NCBI GenBank assembly: GCA_046497275.1
Contig: JAWOFX010000176.1
Span: forward strand, 1,822-33,821
DNA length: 32,000 nt
Direction of reading: 5' to 3'
From: Promethearchaeia archaeon
Lineage (GTDB): Archaea > Asgardarchaeota > Lokiarchaeia > Sigyniarchaeales > SOKP01
Positions 28,174-32,000 of the stretch are shown here, piece by piece. The notes under the pieces are model-generated. The model worked only from the letters and a program-made list of their open reading frames with translations. It did not search any database and was not told the DNA's origin. The position numbers and the translations under genes were made by a program. Each line of letters opens with the position of its first letter. Within the stretch, counting starts at the first letter, position 1.

Positions 28174-31100
28174 ATGTTGAGAAAAAAACATCTAATTATA
28201 AGTCTCTTTTTTATCATTTTTTTATCCTTTACAATCTCAATATTCTTTACTCAAAAGACTCATGAATTTCCATATTCCCAAGATAAGGATAAATTTAATC
28301 ATATTAATACTTCTTCTGATGATCTTGTTTTAGCCGAAGGTGTTAATGACCCATTAAATATAACGGATAAAGCAATGCTTTATGATAATCAAGAAATTAT
28401 ATTAACGGGACAAAATGAGGAGAATTTATCGTATTATTTGGCAGATGAGTGGGAAGCTACCAAAATAGAAACAAATTTAATTAATATATCTGATAAATGG
28501 AATTGGGTTGAAAATGGTGACTTATTTCCTATAGATACATTCACTGTAAATGAGAGTTATGAAAGTACTCATACATTTAGCAGTCAAATAGACTATGACC
28601 CTACGGTCCCAAGCAATATACAATCAAATATAACTGTCAGCGGAGCAATTGCAATAAGAGTACACTTTAAAAATATCTCATTCGCTGCTGATAAAGATTA
28701 CTTGTTTATGTATAATAATAATTATACGCTAATTTATCATGAGGGTGGAAATGGAAGAGTGAGGCAAAATTTCTATTCTCCATGGATAAAAGGAAACCAG
28801 ACGTTAATCACAATTAATTCAGAAGGAGGAACTTCCAGTGATGGTTATTATATCGATTATTATGAGTTTATAAATGGAAGCTCTCAATATTATAACAATT
28901 CAGAATATTGGAATGAAAATAGTTATACGCTAGGGAGTGAAGAAAGAACATTTTCCGGTTATGGTGATATAAAGGATGAAGCAGGGATGTACGCTAATCT
29001 AATTGGAACAATTAAAGAAAACCCAGCAAAATTCCAAGCAGAATATGAGAGTGGAGATTACATTGAATTATATCAAAACCTAAGTATCCCAAGAGGAAGG
29101 ACAATTGACGGATCAATTTCATTTGATTTTTTACTCGAATTTGGAGTTTCTACAGATCAGATTATAATGTATGTGGAAATAAATGATCAAGTAATTTATT
29201 CCAAAAGATTTAATGATATTGTAAGTCAAGGAAAGAATCAATGGTTTTCTACTGGTAAAGTAACCATGAATTCATGGGATGTTATTCCAAACGTATTTGA
29301 TAATGCGCTTAATAATGAAAATATAAAGATTTCGCTTGGAATAAAAACAACTGATAATTTAGAATTTGATCAAGAAGAACAAGGCGAACAATTAATATGG
29401 TTTGATAATATAAATTTAGAGTTAACAACCTTAGTAAATTCGACTCAAAGCGATATAAATCTCACCATTAATAATTATAACCTTATTGATTCCGATGAAT
29501 GGGGAAAATCATCTATTACTCTAAATGAAACTTGGACAGAAGATCCTATTTTATTATCAATAAATAGTTCAACCCCTTATTTGATCTTTGACATAAGTAT
29601 TTCAGTTAGTTTATATCATTATTCTTCAACTTTATTAAATGAATTCCAAGATGAAGGAATATCATATGAAATTTTAGAGAATGGAACCATATATTGGGAA
29701 TTCCTTCATAATTTTGGTAAACCAAGTTTATATGATGATTTTGAAATTTTTATTCAAAAACCTAAAGACTGGAGTTTCATTCAGGTACTAGACCCAATTT
29801 TTTCCGAAATACCCTTTGAAGGGGGAACTTCCAATGACAAATACCTATTAATTAATGAATCATATACTATAAATTCAGGAACGTGGAGATTTAAAGCTAC
29901 CTCACCTAATTATATAAATATTTCGAATACAAAATTATGGAAAAATGGTGTTTTGGGTGATGATACGTTCTTATCTGGAGATAATTTAAAAATATCTACT
30001 CAAATTAACTTTTCTGGATATATTCCCCGAAATGTAGAAGAGACTTCAGCAAAATTAGCCTTAACTTTTCCGAATGGTACAATATGGTATCAAGAAAGTC
30101 TTACTGTAGGTACCGATGGATATGTAAATTTTACTGAATTATCCTTAACTCCATATTTGTTGGCTGGAATATACAATTTTACTATTTTCTGGAATAATGG
30201 AACTTCCTTAGGAGGAATTAAACAGAATTTCATATTAAATCATTATTCTAATTTAGTACTGAATAAACCAACCGATGCGATATCAGATCTGACGACTGAA
30301 GCTTTTTCTGGTGATATTATCCCAATCAGAGTTATTTATAAAGATTCTGAAAATCAATATCAAATCCCAAACGCAGATCTTACTTTAAATTGGACTGATG
30401 GAATTATTCAAATTGACGAAGCTGCATCAGGAATTTATGAAACATATTTGGATACTACAAATTTAACTCGAGGTTTACATAAAATTTTTATAAATTCTTC
30501 GAAAATAGGATATTTTACTGCAAATCTAACTTTAATGCTTAATATAGTTGAATCAACTATGATTCAGCGTCTCTCATCTGAGAATTTTATAGAACTTCAT
30601 GCAGTTAGTTCAATCACATTTAATTATACAAGTTTTAATGGATTTGGAATTGCTAATGCTAATGTATCTCTTGATTTGGATCAATCACTTTATAATATAT
30701 CCAGTCCTTTGAACGGGACATATATTATTGATTTTTCTACTTCTTATATCGATTCATTAGGGACATATCAAATCACTTTTGATTTTTCTGCTCTAGGTTT
30801 TGAATCTCAGCAATATATCTATCAATTTGAGATAATAGAACAAAAAATTGACTTAAATGTTTATATAGATAATCAAAAAAGATCTGAAAATTTTCGAATA
30901 GAAAAAAAAATTAATTCTATCTTGAATATATCTTTAAGAATTTATTCTCCAATAGATAATACGTTCATAAATAACGCTAGTATAGAATTTTTATGTGGGT
31001 CTTATGAATATACTTTAGGTGGAGAGAGTAATTATTGGTATAATGACTCAATAATATTAACTAGTGAACATTTTTCCTATGGTGTAAATTTCGTACAATT

Positions 31101-32000
31101 ACGATTCCAAAAAGACGATTATCAAACAGAGATATTTGATTTTGAAATATCGTTAAACAAAATAGCTATAGAATTAAATCCTGTGAGTTTTGAAAATACG
31201 ATTAACATAAAACCAGGAGAATCGCCAACAATCATTATAGAATTATTTGAAGAAGGAACAAATATCAGTATTACGAATGCTACGGTATTTTATTCTTGGG
31301 AGTATGGTATTGGAAGATTAGATGAGATCTCGGAAGGAACATATCAAGAAACGCTATCTGTTCCTGGATCTCTTTATGGCTCTTATGAGATCATATTTTC
31401 AGTTTCAAAAAATTCAAATTATGAGATTGTTGAGTTTTCATATTTTATTGTGATCTCGGAGCCGCCTTCCTCACCTCTTAATTTTTGGATTATAATTGTC
31501 ATATTTTTCATCATTGTTGGAGTAGCATCGAGTTTACTTTTAAGAACTTACGTATATATCCCAAGAAAAAAGGCAATAGAAAAAGAATTTCAAGAAAAAA
31601 TCCAACCATTTAAAGATGCGAGAAATATAATTGGGATTAATGTAATACATAAAGATTCGGGATTATCTGTCTATTTTGAAAGATATTCCTATTTAAAAGA
31701 TATAGATCAGAGTTTGTTCTCAGGGTTTATTCAAGCAATTATGATATTTGGCAGAGAGATAGGAAAAGAAAAAAAGAAAGAAAAGGGAATCTCTGAGAGA
31801 GAATTAAAAGTTGCTGAATTAGATTTTAAATATTTTTATACTTTATTATGTGATTATAAGGAATTAAGAATTCTTTTAATTCTTAAAGACAGTGCATCAG
31901 ATAATTTAAAAAACAAATTAGTTATAACAATAAAACATTTATATTCAAAAATTTCCGTTCTCCTACAAGATTTTGCCGGAAATTTAAAACCGTTCGGAGA
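28174..32000 (+). CDS. Very large type I membrane/surface glycoprotein (>1275 aa, 3' truncated): signal anchor, CUB-like domain, Ig-like repeats, TM, cytoplasmic longin-like domain
   Basis: Not in the ORF track. I read the frame from ATG 28174 (MLRKKHLIISLFFIIFLSF) to the window end without a stop. TM at about 31483-31545 (FWIIIVIFFIIVGVASSLLL), followed by PRKK and a longin-like tail. Confidence 0.85.
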   Translation, partial: MLRKKHLIISLFFIIFLSFTISIFFTQKTHEFPYSQDKDKFNHINTSSDDLVLAEGVNDPLNITDKAMLYDNQEIILTGQNEENLSYYLADEWEATKIETNLINISDKWNWVENGDLFPIDTFTVNESYESTHTFSSQIDYDPTVPSNIQSNITVSGAIAIRVHFKNISFAADKDYLFMYNNNYTLIYHEGGNGRVRQNFYSPWIKGNQTLITINSEGGTSSDGYYIDYYEFINGSSQYYNNSEYWNENSYTLGSEERTFSGYGDIKDEAGMYANLIGTIKENPAKFQAEYESGDYIELYQNLSIPRGRTIDGSISFDFLLEFGVSTDQIIMYVEINDQVIYSKRFNDIVSQGKNQWFSTGKVTMNSWDVIPNVFDNALNNENIKISLGIKTTDNLEFDQEEQGEQLIWFDNINLELTTLVNSTQSDINLTINNYNLIDSDEWGKSSITLNETWTEDPILLSINSSTPYLIFDISISVSLYHYSSTLLNEFQDEGISYEILENGTIYWEFLHNFGKPSLYDDFEIFIQKPKDWSFIQVLDPIFSEIPFEGGTSNDKYLLINESYTINSGTWRFKATSPNYINISNTKLWKNGVLGDDTFLSGDNLKISTQINFSGYIPRNVEETSAKLALTFPNGTIWYQESLTVGTDGYVNFTELSLTPYLLAGIYNFTIFWNNGTSLGGIKQNFILNHYSNLVLNKPTDAISDLTTEAFSGDIIPIRVIYKDSENQYQIPNADLTLNWTDGIIQIDEAASGIYETYLDTTNLTRGLHKIFINSSKIGYFTANLTLMLNIVESTMIQRLSSENFIELHAVSSITFNYTSFNGFGIANANVSLDLDQSLYNISSPLNGTYIIDFSTSYIDSLGTYQITFDFSALGFESQQYIYQFEIIEQKIDLNVYIDNQKRSENFRIEKKINSILNISLRIYSPIDNTFINNASIEFLCGSYEYTLGGESNYWYNDSIILTSEHFSYGVNFVQLRFQKDDYQTEIFDFEISLNKIAIELNPVSFENTINIKPGESPTIIIELFEEGTNISITNATVFYSWEYGIGRLDEISEGTYQETLSVPGSLYGSYEIIFSVSKNSNYEIVEFSYFIVISEPPSSPLNFWIIIVIFFIIVGVASSLLLRTYVYIPRKKAIEKEFQEKIQPFKDARNIIGINVIHKDSGLSVYFERYSYLKDIDQSLFSGFIQAIMIFGREIGKEKKKEKGISERELKVAELDFKYFYTLLCDYKELRILLILKDSASDNLKNKLVITIKHLYSKISVLLQDFAGNLKPFG

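Noticed and set aside
1-32000. Selenocysteine/pyrrolysine read-through, CRISPR arrays, tRNA/rRNA, IS elements
   Set aside because: The stops I checked fall at expected family C-termini with no meaningful continuation. No regular repeat-spacer arrays, structured GC-rich RNA genes, transposases or terminal inverted repeats were seen.

Overview
AT-rich, gene-dense window that reads as archaeal, most likely Asgard (Lokiarchaeia/Promethearchaeia-like). This is an inference from GAGGTGA Shine-Dalgarno sites, TATA-like boxes, U-tract terminators and Asgard-style sequon-rich surface proteins with a cytoplasmic longin-like tail. Main content: (1) 1792-9736, minus strand: a B12/PLP/radical-SAM lysine fermentation cluster kal-kce-[SAM methyltransferase]-kdd-kamA-kamB-kamD-kamE. 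It follows the Fusobacterium/clostridial gene order but lacks the reactivase ATPase kamC and has a TylM1/DesVI-like methyltransferase inserted. (2) An uncharacterised coiled-coil protein and two tandem SDR paralogues. (3) A possible lipid-related block: MFS, FG-GAP-like propeller fused to about 7 TM helices, LuxE-type acyl-protein synthetase, and divergently a small membrane protein plus a KDSR/Tsc10-like reductase. (4) Cyclophilin-like DUF369, GH3 beta-glucosidase, SDR, DUF364. (5) A membrane-anchored gingipain-type (C25) protease and a >1275-aa surface protein with CUB-like, Ig-like, TM and longin-like parts. Two ORFs run off the window edges and are missing from the supplied track (1-468 minus, 28174-32000 plus). 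No rRNA, tRNA, CRISPR or mobile element was seen. All family calls come from motif recognition by eye, not database searches.
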